From Verrucomicrobiota bacterium (GTDB lineage: Bacteria > Verrucomicrobiota > Verrucomicrobiia > Opitutales > Opitutaceae): DNA of 64,000 bases. This document shows, piece after piece, positions 9,469 through 19,514 of this stretch (positions are counted from its first letter, which is position 1; every line of letters starts with the position of its first letter). The notes below the pieces were generated by a model. It saw only the letters and a list, made by a program, of their open reading frames with translations. It was not told the DNA's origin and searched no databases. A program made the position numbers and the translations under genes. Location of the stretch: positions 3,791 to 67,790 of the forward strand of contig JAEYYL010000003.1 of NCBI GenBank assembly GCA_023430825.1, written 5' to 3'.

Positions 9469-10611
9469 GTGCACATGATTCTTCCCGGAAAAACGATCGG
9501 CATTCTCGGTGGCGGCCAACTCGGCCGCATGCTCGCGCAGGCGGCGCAGACGCTCGGGTATCGCGTGCATGTGTTCGAGCCGCAGGCGAACTGCCCGGCG
9601 GGCGCGGTGGCGAACCGCGAGGTGAACGCGAGCTACGAGGATCTGAAGGCGCTGAAGGAGTTCGCGCGCGGCGTCGACGTGATCACCTACGAGTTCGAGA
9701 ACATTCCGTCCGAGCCGCTCGCGGCCATCGCGCCGCTGGTGCCGCTGCACCCGCGAGCGGATGTCTTGCATGTGTGCCAGAATCGGCAACGCGAGAAAGC
9801 CTGGCTGCGGGCGCAGGGGATTCCGCATGTGCGTTACGCGGAGGCTTTGGACGGCGACGTGGCGGCGGCGGTGGCGCTGGTCGGCCGGCCGTGCGTGGTG
9901 AAGACGGCGGATTTCGGCTACGACGGGAAAGGGCAGATGCGCATCAGCGACGACGAGGATCTCGCGAAGGCCGCGGCGATTTTTCGCGGGCGGCGCTGCG
10001 TGGTGGAGCGCTGGGTGGATTTTCAGCGCGAGTTGTCGGTGGTGGTGGCGCGTTCGGCGACGGGTGAGACGAAGGCGTTTCCCGTCGCGGAGAACATTCA
10101 CACGCGGCACATCCTGGATTTTTCGATCGTGCCGGCGCGCGTGAGCGCGGCGATCGCGCGCGAAGCGGAGACCCTGGCGGTGACGGTGGCGGAGAAACTC
10201 GGCGTGGTGGGGCTGATCGCGGTCGAGATGTTTCTCGCGAACAACGGCGAGTTGCTGGTCAACGAACTCGCGCCGCGTTCGCACAACTCGGGGCACTGGT
10301 CGATCGACGGCTGTGAAACGAGCCAGTTCGAGCAGCAGGTGCGCGCGGTGTGCGGTGCGCCGCTGGGGCCGGTCGGCGTGCGCGAGCCGACGGTGATGGT
10401 GAACCTCCTCGGCGATGCGTGGAAGTGGCGCGACGGGCAGGTCGTCGGCGAGCCGGATTGGGCGGCGGTGCTCGCGGAGCCGAAGGCGAAACTGCACCTC
10501 TACGGGAAGGCGGAGCCGCGGATGGGGCGCAAGATGGGGCACTTCACGCTGCGCGGAAACGATCTCGATGTCGTGTTGGAAAAAGCGCGCGAGTTGAAGC
10601 TGCGGCTCTGA
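9469..10611 (+). CDS. purK: N5-carboxyaminoimidazole ribonucleotide synthase (ATP-grasp)
   Basis: IGILGGGQLGRML N-terminus. ATP-grasp core. Lies downstream of purE. Confidence 0.9.
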   Translation: MHMILPGKTIGILGGGQLGRMLAQAAQTLGYRVHVFEPQANCPAGAVANREVNASYEDLKALKEFARGVDVITYEFENIPSEPLAAIAPLVPLHPRADVLHVCQNRQREKAWLRAQGIPHVRYAEALDGDVAAAVALVGRPCVVKTADFGYDGKGQMRISDDEDLAKAAAIFRGRRCVVERWVDFQRELSVVVARSATGETKAFPVAENIHTRHILDFSIVPARVSAAIAREAETLAVTVAEKLGVVGLIAVEMFLANNGELLVNELAPRSHNSGHWSIDGCETSQFEQQVRAVCGAPLGPVGVREPTVMVNLLGDAWKWRDGQVVGEPDWAAVLAEPKAKLHLYGKAEPRMGRKMGHFTLRGNDLDVVLEKARELKLRL

Positions 10612-10665
10612 TTCTGCGGAGTGACGTGAGCGGCCGGTCGGCGGCCGCACGGGTTTTCGGGCGGG

Positions 10666-11295
10666 TCAGAGGCCCGATGGCGGTTGCTCGATTTTTTCGC
10701 CGCGTGCGGCGGCGTAGTCGGCGGGTGTGTCGAGGTCGATCGCGAGTTCGGGCAACTCTTCGGAAGCGACGAGGTCGGGGCGCGCTTGGAGGAGCGTGCG
10801 CGCGCCTTCTTCGCCGGTAAGCGCGGCGAGCGCGGAGAAGTGTTCGCGGAGGAACAACGCGGGCGCGGCGTTGCGGCCGTGGTAGCGCGCGGCGGCGATG
10901 CTTTGTCCGCTCGCTTGCTGACGCGCGACGAGTCGCACGATCGTGTCGGCGGTGAACGCGGGTTGATCGCAGAGGGCGATGAGGGCGGCGTCGAGCGAGC
11001 GCGAGAATTGCTGGAGCATCGCGATGCCGGTGCGAATGGACGAGGCCATGCCTTCGGCCCACGCCGGGTTTTCGGCGACGAGCACGGGGAGGCGTGCGAG
11101 GAGCGGGCGGATTTTTTCGGCTTCCGCACCGAGGACGACGACGACGGGCCACGCGGCGGAGGCGAGTGCGGCCTCGACCGTGCGCAGGAGCAGCGGACGG
11201 CCTTCGAGCGGCAGCAATTGCTTGGGCTCGCCCATGCGGGACGAGGCGCCCGCGGCGAGGATGATGCAACCGAAGCGGAAGGGAGCGTGAGGCAC
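10666..11295 (-). CDS. MobA/MocA-like nucleotidyltransferase (molybdenum cofactor cytidylyl/guanylyltransferase family)
   Basis: IILAAGASSRMGEPKQLLPL motif. The upstream Arg-rich part of the track ORF overlaps xdhC and is rejected. GTG start at 11295 is preceded by GAGAGGAAA. Confidence 0.75.
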   Translation of the reverse strand: MPHAPFRFGCIILAAGASSRMGEPKQLLPLEGRPLLLRTVEAALASAAWPVVVVLGAEAEKIRPLLARLPVLVAENPAWAEGMASSIRTGIAMLQQFSRSLDAALIALCDQPAFTADTIVRLVARQQASGQSIAAARYHGRNAAPALFLREHFSALAALTGEEGARTLLQARPDLVASEELPELAIDLDTPADYAAARGEKIEQPPSGL

Positions 11296-11309
11296 GGCGG
11301 AATTTCCTC

Positions 11310-12308
11310 TCAGTCGTGGATCGGGCGCGTGCGCTCCTTGAGCGGACGGGCGTCGCGCGCGGCGAGCGTGGCGCGCATTTCCGCGACGATGCTGAGCGCG
11401 ACTTCCTCGGGTGTTTCGGCGCCGAGATCGAGGCCGACGGGTGCGTGGAGGCGGGCGCGTTGCGCGGGTGTGATGGTGGCACCGTCGGCGGTGAGATCGG
11501 CGAGGATGCGTGCGGCGCGCTTTTTGGGGCCGAGCAGGCCCACGTAGGGAAGATCGCGCACGAGCAGGTCGCGGAGAATCGGCACGTCGTGCACGTAATG
11601 ATGCGTCATCACCACGGCGAGCGCGTCGGACGGGAGTGCGCAACGGGATACGAGTTCGGGCGAAGGCGCGACGACGAGCGCGTCGGCGAGGGGGAAACGC
11701 GCGGGGGTGGTGAAATCGCGCCGCGGATCGGCGACCGTGACGTGCCAGCCGAGTTCTTTGGCGAGTCGCGTGAGCGGTTGGGCATCGTCGCCTGCGCCGA
11801 AGATGGCGAGGCGCACCGGCGGAGGCACGGTGTGGAGAAAAATCCCGCAGGAGGCGGGCAGATCGGCAGCTTCGCTCGCGAGGCGCGTGCCGAGGAGCGA
11901 AGGGTCGGTTGAGCGCCAGACGACGGCGAGCGGGGTGGGGCGGTGCGAGCGGAGATGGGCGGCGAGGGTCGCGACCCAGGCGGGCGAAGGCGGTAGTTTT
12001 TCGATGAATACCTGGACGACGCCGTGGCAGCCGAGGCCGACGCCCCAGACGAGATCGTTTTCCGAGGTGGTGTCGTAGGTGACGAGGTCGGCGATGCCGG
12101 TGGCGGCGACGCGGGTGGCTCGGGCGAGGACATCCTCCTCGAGGCAGCCGCCGCTGATCGAGCCGAGGCGCGTGCCATGGGGCGTCAACAGGAGCCGCGC
12201 ACCGGGGCGTCGGTAGGAAGAGCCCGTCACGGAGACCAAGGTGGCCAGGACGCCAGCGGGTTCCGACGAGGCCGTGATGTGGCGGGCGATGGCGAGGAGT
12301 TCGTTCAC
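11310..12308 (-). CDS. xdhC: XdhC/CoxI-family molybdenum hydroxylase accessory protein
   Basis: GSSYRRPGARLLL N-domain and a Rossmann-like C-domain (LAIFGAGDDAQPL). Confidence 0.85.
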   Translation of the reverse strand: MNELLAIARHITASSEPAGVLATLVSVTGSSYRRPGARLLLTPHGTRLGSISGGCLEEDVLARATRVAATGIADLVTYDTTSENDLVWGVGLGCHGVVQVFIEKLPPSPAWVATLAAHLRSHRPTPLAVVWRSTDPSLLGTRLASEAADLPASCGIFLHTVPPPVRLAIFGAGDDAQPLTRLAKELGWHVTVADPRRDFTTPARFPLADALVVAPSPELVSRCALPSDALAVVMTHHYVHDVPILRDLLVRDLPYVGLLGPKKRAARILADLTADGATITPAQRARLHAPVGLDLGAETPEEVALSIVAEMRATLAARDARPLKERTRPIHD

Positions 12309-12622
12309 GATGCAGAGGCTCGGTTCACTCTCCGTCAGACGAGGTGGGGAGCAAGCGCAGTTGCGTAAGTGGGTTTCGGCGACGACGCGTTTTGCGGTGG
12401 CACCGCCGAGGGGTCAAAGCGGCCGGTTTGTCGTTCACCGCAAATTCGGGGCGTTCGTCGTCATAAAACCGCGTCTTAACCTATTTATTGCTTTTCTTTT
12501 TTTTCCTCCCAATTTGGCGCGAAGTTCAAGCATCTCCGGCGGCGGAGTGAACTTACACAACACAACGCGGCGGTCTGTCCTCCGGGCGGAGCGCCGAACA
12601 CACAACGTAACTGATTACGACT

Positions 12623-15481
12623 ATGAACAAACTCCGCTTGCGGAAGTTCTGTGCAGCGCCGTCGCTCATCGTGGCGACGAGTTTAATTCCGGTGCTTGGG
12701 TTCGCCCAGGCGGCCGATTCGAACGCCGAGGGCGAGCAACCGGTCAAGCTCGAGAAATACGAGGTCACCGGTTCCTACATTCCGTATTCCGCTGATGCGC
12801 CGGCCGTGCCCGTGCGGATCATCAATATCGGAGACATCGAGGCGACGGGGCAGACGACGGATCTGCTCGAAGTCATTCGCAAATCTGTTCCGCAGTTCGT
12901 CGGCAACGGCAACCTCGGCTCGTCCAACTCGAACATCGGCGGCGGCTCCACCAACGGTGGGTCGCAGGTCCAACTGCGCAACGTGGATACGCTGGTGCTG
13001 ATCAACGGTCGACGCGCGGCCTTTGCGCCTGTCTCGGCCATGGGCGGCTTCAATTTCGTCGACGTGAATTCGATCCCGGTCTCGGCGGTCGAGAGCATCG
13101 AGGTGCTGAAGGACGGGGCGTCCGCCCTCTACGGCTCGGATGCGGTGTCCGGCGTGGTGAACATCATTCTCCGGAAGGATTACGAAGGCGCTGAGATCGG
13201 CGGCCGTTACGCCTTCTCGAAGGCCCTCGGCACCGTGTGGGAAGAGCGTTCGGGCCGCACGACGGTCGGCGCGAAGTCGGGCAACACGTCCGTGACGATT
13301 TCGGCGGAATGGGTCCGCAGCGACCCGCTGTTCCAGAACGAGCGAGCGTTCTCCACCGATCAGACCGGCCTGACGAGCAGCTTCGCGGGTGTGGTGAACT
13401 ATCTCGGGGCCGTCAGCGGTAATTTCCTCCTGAAGCCGGGCGCCACGCCGCCCCTGAATACCGACATGACGGGCGCCGAACTGGTGGCCGCCGGAATCTA
13501 CGACCAGCCGACCGTGCCGCTCTCGTCGTTGTTCAACCTTTCGCCGTATGTGACGCTCGCCTTGGGCAACGAGCGCTCGGCGGTCGTCGCCGCGGTGAGC
13601 CACAAGCTCTCGGACAATGTCGAGCTGTTTGGCGACATGCTTTATTCGCGGACGAGCACCTTCTACCAGCTGGCGGCGCAGCCGATCGTGGGCATGCCGA
13701 TTTTCGCCAACGACGTTGATAACTTCGGTGTGCTGCCTTTCGCCTACACGCTGCCGGAGCAGTTTCAGAATCCGTTCGACGACTACGTCCTCGTCCGCAA
13801 CCGCTTCGTCAGCAATCCCCGCAAATATTTCAGCGATAACGATTCGCTGCGTGGCGTGCTGGGCGCGCGGGGCGAGTTCGGCGCTTACACCTGGGAGGTC
13901 GGCGCGAACTTCAACGAAGTCAACCAGCTCTATCGCAACGAAAACGTGATCAACCGCGTGAACCTGGCGAACGCGATCGACAACAATCTCGTCAACCTCT
14001 TCCTGCGTGAACAGGATCCGACGAAGCTCGCGCAGGCGAATATCTTCGGCACGGCGTATTCGAAGAACAAGAGCACGCTGATCAGCTTCGATGCGCGCCT
14101 GACGGGTGAGTTCGCGAACGCGCTGCCGGCTGGCCCGATCAAGTTCGCGGTCGGCGCCGAGACCCGCCGCGAGACGCTCTCGGGCAACCCCGATTCGGGC
14201 AGCTTCACCGTCGCCGATCCAGCCAGCCCGTTGTTCGGCTCCCCGTCGCTTTGGGACGGTGCGACGACCAGTGACCGGTTCAACGTGGACCGCTCGGTGG
14301 ATTCATTTTTTGCCGAGTTCCGGGTTCCGATCGTATCCGCCGGCCAATCGGTGCGCGGTCTGCACACCCTCGACCTCGACGTCGCGGCGCGGAAGGACAT
14401 TTACAGCGATACGGAAGATCCGCTGGTGCCGAAGTTCACGCTGCGCTGGTTCCCGATCGACGATCAGTTCGCGGTGCGGGCGGCGTATTCCCGCTCGTTC
14501 TCGGCGGCGGACCTTTACAGCTTGTTCGGGCCCGACGGCGTGGGCTTCACCGAGGCGCCGATCGGCGTCGAATTTGTCGATGGCCGCGTGATGGACGAGA
14601 ACGTCGACCAAGGCTTTCTCCGCATTGTGTCGAACCCGAACCTGAAACCGGAGAAGGCGAAGAACTACAACGTCGGCATCGTTTACTCGCCCCGCGGCAT
14701 CAAGGGCCTGAACGTCGAGTTGAACTACTTCCTCATCGAACAGGACCAGATCGCCGGGTCGGAGAGCGATCTGGAAATTCTGCAGGATGTGGAGACGAAT
14801 GGCGCTTCCTCCGAGTTCGCCGACCGCGTCCGGATTAATAGCTTCAATGGTTCGGCGATCACCGCCCCCGGCCAGATCAGTGCGGCCTTCGATCTCGCGG
14901 GAGGTTCGATGACGCGCGTGTTCGTGACGAACTACGCCGAGAACTTTGTCTCGGCGAAGCAGGACGGGGTCGACCTCACCGTCGACTACGTCTTCGACGT
15001 GCCGAACATCGGCAAGTTCGACATCGGTCTCGATGCGCTGTGGTTCAACAGCATGTCGGTGGAAGACGACGAGTATGTCGGCACCACCAACGGCCGTTCC
15101 TCGCTCAACGGCGGCACGATCCCGCGCTGGCGCGGAACGCTTCGCACCGAGCTCACGCGCGGCAATCTCCTGGTCGGCACCGCCATCGAGCATATCCCGA
15201 GCATGACCGACACGGGTGCGTCCGAGACTCAGACGGACGTTGCCCGCGACCGGCACGTCGAAGCCTACACGAGCGTCGACTTTTACCTGCAGTATAACTT
15301 CCGCGGTCGCGCCGGCTTCACGCGTTATCTGGACGGTCTCTCGGTTCGCGCCGCCGTCCTCAACGCGTTCGACGAACACGTCCCGATGGCCGCTTCGTCG
15401 TGGAGCGATGCCAACGCCGACACGGCGACCTATGGCCCCTGGGGCCGCACGTTCGTCGTGAGTGCTTCGTATAAGTTCTAA
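12623..15481 (+). CDS. TonB-dependent outer-membrane receptor
   Basis: Signal peptide. Plug domain (IEVLKDGASALYGSDAVSGVVNIIL). Long beta-barrel ending in an aromatic residue (...ASYKF). Confidence 0.9.
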   Translation: MNKLRLRKFCAAPSLIVATSLIPVLGFAQAADSNAEGEQPVKLEKYEVTGSYIPYSADAPAVPVRIINIGDIEATGQTTDLLEVIRKSVPQFVGNGNLGSSNSNIGGGSTNGGSQVQLRNVDTLVLINGRRAAFAPVSAMGGFNFVDVNSIPVSAVESIEVLKDGASALYGSDAVSGVVNIILRKDYEGAEIGGRYAFSKALGTVWEERSGRTTVGAKSGNTSVTISAEWVRSDPLFQNERAFSTDQTGLTSSFAGVVNYLGAVSGNFLLKPGATPPLNTDMTGAELVAAGIYDQPTVPLSSLFNLSPYVTLALGNERSAVVAAVSHKLSDNVELFGDMLYSRTSTFYQLAAQPIVGMPIFANDVDNFGVLPFAYTLPEQFQNPFDDYVLVRNRFVSNPRKYFSDNDSLRGVLGARGEFGAYTWEVGANFNEVNQLYRNENVINRVNLANAIDNNLVNLFLREQDPTKLAQANIFGTAYSKNKSTLISFDARLTGEFANALPAGPIKFAVGAETRRETLSGNPDSGSFTVADPASPLFGSPSLWDGATTSDRFNVDRSVDSFFAEFRVPIVSAGQSVRGLHTLDLDVAARKDIYSDTEDPLVPKFTLRWFPIDDQFAVRAAYSRSFSAADLYSLFGPDGVGFTEAPIGVEFVDGRVMDENVDQGFLRIVSNPNLKPEKAKNYNVGIVYSPRGIKGLNVELNYFLIEQDQIAGSESDLEILQDVETNGASSEFADRVRINSFNGSAITAPGQISAAFDLAGGSMTRVFVTNYAENFVSAKQDGVDLTVDYVFDVPNIGKFDIGLDALWFNSMSVEDDEYVGTTNGRSSLNGGTIPRWRGTLRTELTRGNLLVGTAIEHIPSMTDTGASETQTDVARDRHVEAYTSVDFYLQYNFRGRAGFTRYLDGLSVRAAVLNAFDEHVPMAASSWSDANADTATYGPWGRTFVVSASYKF

Positions 15482-15513
15482 ACGATGGCGACCATCGCGA
15501 TCTGATTTGAGCC

Positions 15514-15550
15514 AAGAGGCCGGGAGTATTCCACTCCCGGCCTCTTTTTT
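15514..15550 (+). terminator. Rho-independent terminator after the TonB-dependent receptor
   Basis: Perfect 14-bp stem (aagaggccgggagt / actcccggcctctt) with a 5-nt loop, followed by a T-run. Confidence 0.85.
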
Positions 15551-15570
15551 GCCGAAAAATTTTCCGCCAT

Positions 15571-17556
15571 ATGAAAGTCCACCGCTTCCTTCTCCTCGGC
15601 CTGTTCGCCGCCATTGCGCCCGCGTTCGCGGCTTCGCCCGCTCCGCTGCCCATCGAGGTGTTTTTTCGCACGAGCGAAATCAGCCAGCCGCGCCTGTCCC
15701 GCGATGGCTCCCGCATCGTGTTTCTGGTCCGCAACGACCCCGCCCGACTCTCCATCGCCGTTTACGATGTGCAGAAGAAACAGGGGTCGCTCGTGTTCGT
15801 GCCCAACGATTACAACGTCGATTTCGCTTTCTGGAAGGGTGACCGCATCGTGTTCGGCGGCGACGTCGGCGGGAACGAATCCTACGCGCTGCGATCGATC
15901 GCCGCCGACGGTTCCGATCTCCGCGACCTCAGCGAATCCTGGCAAAAATACCGCCGCAACACCGGTCCGATCGGCGGCAATGTGTTTTCCACGCTACCGG
16001 CGGAGGAGGATCACATCCTCATCGCCGGCTACGGCGTGCGGCGCAACAGTCGCGGAGAATTGGAAGCGTCGGGGGAGTTCGGTTTCTACCGACTGAATGT
16101 GCAGACGCGCCGGCGCGACTGGGTGGAAACGTGGAACGAGCGCGCGGTGAACTATTTCGTGGACGATGTGTCCGGCCGGATCTTCGGGCGATCGCTGCAG
16201 GCGGGCAACGAGGAGGTGTTCGAGATCAAGGATCTCAAGGGGGACTACCAAACGGTCGGCCGTTATCCGGGATCGGGTGCGCCGGCGGATTTCACCGGGC
16301 TCCTGCCCGGCGAGAAGCACGCGCTGATGAGGGTGCGCAGCGTCGAGGAGCACGATCGTGGCGCGATCTACGCCTTCGATCGCGCGACCCTGAAACGGGG
16401 GCAACTCCTGTATGAGCCGCCAGCGGGCGAGATCGTCGGGGTGAAGCGTCGCGCGACCGGCCAGATCGTCGGCATCACTTACGAAACGGAGAAGACGGCG
16501 ACCGATTGGTTCGATCCTGCGTGGGGCAAGCTTCACGCGAGCCTGGCGCAAACCTTTCCGGGGAAGCTGGTGGATATCGTGCATTCCACGCTCGACGAGC
16601 GGTTGCACATCGTGGCGGTGCACAGCGACCGCGATCCCGGCACCTATTACCTTTTCGATTCGGTGAAACCGGCGATCACGCCGATTGGCCGGGTGAATCC
16701 GTTGATCGACGAAACGAAGATGGCGGAGCGTGCGCCGATCAAGTATCCGGCCCGCGACGGACTGGAGATTCACGGTTACCTCACGCGACTGGGCGATCCG
16801 GCGAAAAAACGGCCGCTGATCGTTCTGCCGCACGGCGGCCCCTTCGGTATCCGTGACTCGTGGGGATTCGACCCGGAGGCGCAGTTTCTCGCGAGCCGGG
16901 GTTACGCGGTGCTGCAGGTCAACTATCGCGGGTCCGGCGGATACGGCGCACGGTTTCAAGCCGCCGGAAAACACGAATGGGGCCGCAAAATGCAGGACGA
17001 CCTGACCGACGCCGTGCGCTGGGCCATCGACCGCGGTATCACTGATTCGGATACGGTTGGAATCTATGGCGCGAGCTATGGCGGTTACGCGGCGCTGGCC
17101 GGATTGGTGTTCACCCCCGAACTCTATCGCTGCGGCATCAACTACGTGGGCGTGTCCGACCTCGGGATCCTGGTGCGGCCGAACGAAGGGAAAGGGCGGT
17201 TCTTCGACCTGTTCACGCGGGAGTGGATCGGAAGCGACGCGGCGGATTTGCGCGAGCGTTCACCCGTCAACCACGTCGCCAACATTCGCGTGCCCAGCCT
17301 CCACGCTTACGGCGAAAACGATCCGCGGGTCGACATCGGCCACTGGAAGCTGCTCGAGCCCGAGCTGAAGAAGCACAACAAACCCTACGTCTATCTGCGC
17401 GAGCGCGACGAAGGCCACGGTTTCGAAAACGAACGCAGCCGCATCCGTTTCTACGAGGAGATGGAAAAGTTCCTGGCGCAGCATTTGCCCGCCGCGGGCA
17501 ATGTGGCGCTCGGCGAGCTGAAGACGATCGAGCTGCCGGCCAGAGAAAACAGGTGA
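15571..17556 (+). CDS. S9-family serine peptidase (prolyl oligopeptidase/dipeptidyl peptidase type)
   Basis: Signal peptide. Beta-propeller-like N-terminal half. Catalytic GASYGGY nucleophile elbow and a C-terminal D...H (ERDEGHGF). Confidence 0.85.
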   Translation: MKVHRFLLLGLFAAIAPAFAASPAPLPIEVFFRTSEISQPRLSRDGSRIVFLVRNDPARLSIAVYDVQKKQGSLVFVPNDYNVDFAFWKGDRIVFGGDVGGNESYALRSIAADGSDLRDLSESWQKYRRNTGPIGGNVFSTLPAEEDHILIAGYGVRRNSRGELEASGEFGFYRLNVQTRRRDWVETWNERAVNYFVDDVSGRIFGRSLQAGNEEVFEIKDLKGDYQTVGRYPGSGAPADFTGLLPGEKHALMRVRSVEEHDRGAIYAFDRATLKRGQLLYEPPAGEIVGVKRRATGQIVGITYETEKTATDWFDPAWGKLHASLAQTFPGKLVDIVHSTLDERLHIVAVHSDRDPGTYYLFDSVKPAITPIGRVNPLIDETKMAERAPIKYPARDGLEIHGYLTRLGDPAKKRPLIVLPHGGPFGIRDSWGFDPEAQFLASRGYAVLQVNYRGSGGYGARFQAAGKHEWGRKMQDDLTDAVRWAIDRGITDSDTVGIYGASYGGYAALAGLVFTPELYRCGINYVGVSDLGILVRPNEGKGRFFDLFTREWIGSDAADLRERSPVNHVANIRVPSLHAYGENDPRVDIGHWKLLEPELKKHNKPYVYLRERDEGHGFENERSRIRFYEEMEKFLAQHLPAAGNVALGELKTIELPARENR

Positions 17557-17581
17557 GCGGGTCGGGATGGCGCGCCGGGGT

Positions 17582-19411
17582 TCAACGACGCCCCTGCGCT
17601 CCCGTTTTCGGCGACAGCACAATGGCGCGATGACGGGCGGGCTGGTCCAGACGGGGCCAGCCTGATCGGGGAGCGGGGACGCCGAGCGTGCACCAGCGCT
17701 GGAGTCCGCGCGCAGGATGGGAGCGGTTTCGCCCGACCAAGGAAACGGCGCCAACTTTGACCTGGCCGACACCGCGGACGAACAAGCGCAACTGCGGCGG
17801 GCGCGCTAAATTTCCGTCCCAGCTGACGGGCGCGGCGTGCTCGCGGACCAGGTCGCACCGCCGACGGGCGGCGCGCGTCTGGAACTCGATCGTGTGGCAC
17901 GCCTGCAGCGTGTTCCACGAGCCGTCCGCTTGTTGTTGCTCGATGCCGACGAGTTGGACCGCGGGAGCGAAGTTCCACACGCGATAGCAGAGCTGCCACT
18001 CGCCGCCGAAAACCGGTTCGCCGCGTTTCCACGCGCGCAGCCGATCGGCGTCGCGACGGACGATGAGTTCGTTCGGCCCCGCGAGCTTTGGATCGCGAGT
18101 GCGTCGCCACATCGTGCGCGCGGCGCGCAGGGCGGCCTGCGTCGACGGCGAGGCGTCGGCCGACGCTCTTGCGAACACGTCGCGCTGCGCCAGATAGTGA
18201 CGGAACTCCACGCTCGCGCGCAGCGCCGTTGGCAGCTTCAGCCGGGCGGCAGTGTTCACGAGCTTTGCGAAATGACGCTCCTCCCGGCGATAAGGGCCTA
18301 GCGGTTCACGGCGGGAAACGGAGTCCCAGCGCTCGTTGATCGGCCAGCGCGGGTAACCGCCAAATGGATACCGATCGCACGCAAGGGCGACACGCGCGGC
18401 GGCGCGACCTTTCGATCGGCCGAACGCACGTTCGAAACCTCGCGCCAGCATCTCGCGCGGATCGTCGATCGTTGGTTCCATCCAGAGCGTGGCGGCGGCC
18501 GCGTCGACCGCGACGGTGAGTTCCAGCGCGAGCCGATTCGGCTCCCAGCCGCTGACCAGAAATCCTTCCGCGCCGATACGCTGCGCGTGCCGCCACCAGG
18601 CGACGATGTTGTTCATTCGATCCGTGAAGTGGGGCAGCGGCTCGTAGCGAAACGCGCCGTTCATCGGGCAACCGTAGAGCTTGATCCCGCGCGCGCGCAG
18701 CGGCGTGGCGATGTCGACCTCGGCGAAGTTGAAGAGCTCGACGCGCGGCAGCCGGTCGAAGGCGTGATAATACCACTCGTAGGCGGTGAGTCCGCGCGGC
18801 AGCAGCGGGATCGCCTCGGGTAAAAAATAAAACATGTCGGCCCAGAGCCCCATGTGCAGCCCGAGCGAGTTCGTGAGCGCGTGCAGGCGTTTCACGTAAC
18901 GTGCGAAGTGCGCGGCGAGCCCGATCTTCGCCACTTCACGCCGGCTCAGCGGGTGCTTGCCGAGGTGGAATGATTCGTCGAGCCCAACATGGACTTTCCC
19001 CGCGGTGCAAAACGGCGCCATGTCGCGCAACAATTTCTCCGCCACTTCGAGCGTGCGCGGATGGAGTGGGCAGATCTGTCCGCGCTCCAGCGGCGAACCG
19101 TCGGCGGCGCGGAGTTCGTTGAGATCGCGCAGCTCGGGAACCTTGATGAGGTATTGCGTGTGGCCGAGGAGATTGACGATGGGGACGACCTTGATCCCCG
19201 CGCGCGTCGCGGCATCGACCAGCCGCGCGAACTGCTTGTAAGTGTAGGCGTCGCGACGCGCGACTCCGGGCAGGCTCGGGTATTCGACGGCGTCTTCGAG
19301 GTGGAGGTGAACCTCATGATAACCCCATTCGGCGTAGCGCGGGAGTTGCGCGATGAGCCAGTCGAGGCGTTCGACCTGGCGCGCGAGGTCCCATTGAAAC
19401 GAGCGAATCAT
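17582..19411 (-). CDS. glycoside hydrolase family-20-like protein (putative hexosaminidase fold)
   Basis: TIM-barrel-like pattern HLHLED...IVNLLGHT...VHVGLDES. ATG at 19411 is preferred because the longer track ORF runs into the tal terminator hairpins. Confidence 0.55.
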   Translation of the reverse strand: MIRSFQWDLARQVERLDWLIAQLPRYAEWGYHEVHLHLEDAVEYPSLPGVARRDAYTYKQFARLVDAATRAGIKVVPIVNLLGHTQYLIKVPELRDLNELRAADGSPLERGQICPLHPRTLEVAEKLLRDMAPFCTAGKVHVGLDESFHLGKHPLSRREVAKIGLAAHFARYVKRLHALTNSLGLHMGLWADMFYFLPEAIPLLPRGLTAYEWYYHAFDRLPRVELFNFAEVDIATPLRARGIKLYGCPMNGAFRYEPLPHFTDRMNNIVAWWRHAQRIGAEGFLVSGWEPNRLALELTVAVDAAAATLWMEPTIDDPREMLARGFERAFGRSKGRAAARVALACDRYPFGGYPRWPINERWDSVSRREPLGPYRREERHFAKLVNTAARLKLPTALRASVEFRHYLAQRDVFARASADASPSTQAALRAARTMWRRTRDPKLAGPNELIVRRDADRLRAWKRGEPVFGGEWQLCYRVWNFAPAVQLVGIEQQQADGSWNTLQACHTIEFQTRAARRRCDLVREHAAPVSWDGNLARPPQLRLFVRGVGQVKVGAVSLVGRNRSHPARGLQRWCTLGVPAPRSGWPRLDQPARHRAIVLSPKTGAQGRR

Positions 19412-19451
19412 GTGCGACCAGAGATGACGGTCGCACGCGCGCGGCGCAAGT

Positions 19452-19510
19452 AGGGCGGGTTTCAACCCGCCCTGTGCTGCTTCAAAGAGCGGGCTGAAGC
19501 CCGCCCTACT
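19452..19510 (-). terminator. two tandem GC-rich stem-loops downstream of tal
   Basis: Hairpin 19452-19473 (agggcgggt-ttca-acccgccct) and hairpin 19487-19506 (core gcgggc-tgaa-gcccgc). On the minus strand the first is followed by TTTG. Confidence 0.6.
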
Positions 19511-19514
19511 TTTT

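Noticed and set aside
6245-11643. Long alternative-frame or antisense ORFs (6245-7561, 7498-8469, 8219-9118, 9355-10650, 10544-11482, and the 5' part of 10666-11643).
   Set aside because: Their composition is dominated by R, P, A and G. They overlap genes with recognisable motifs (anti-sigma, RDD protein, purE, purK, mocA, xdhC). They are treated as GC artefacts.
12309-12622. Possible riboswitch or leader (for example cobalamin) in the 314-nt AT-richer region upstream of the TonB-dependent receptor.
   Set aside because: I could not recognise any conserved riboswitch core, such as a B12 box. It is more simply a promoter region. A covariance-model scan would be needed to settle this.
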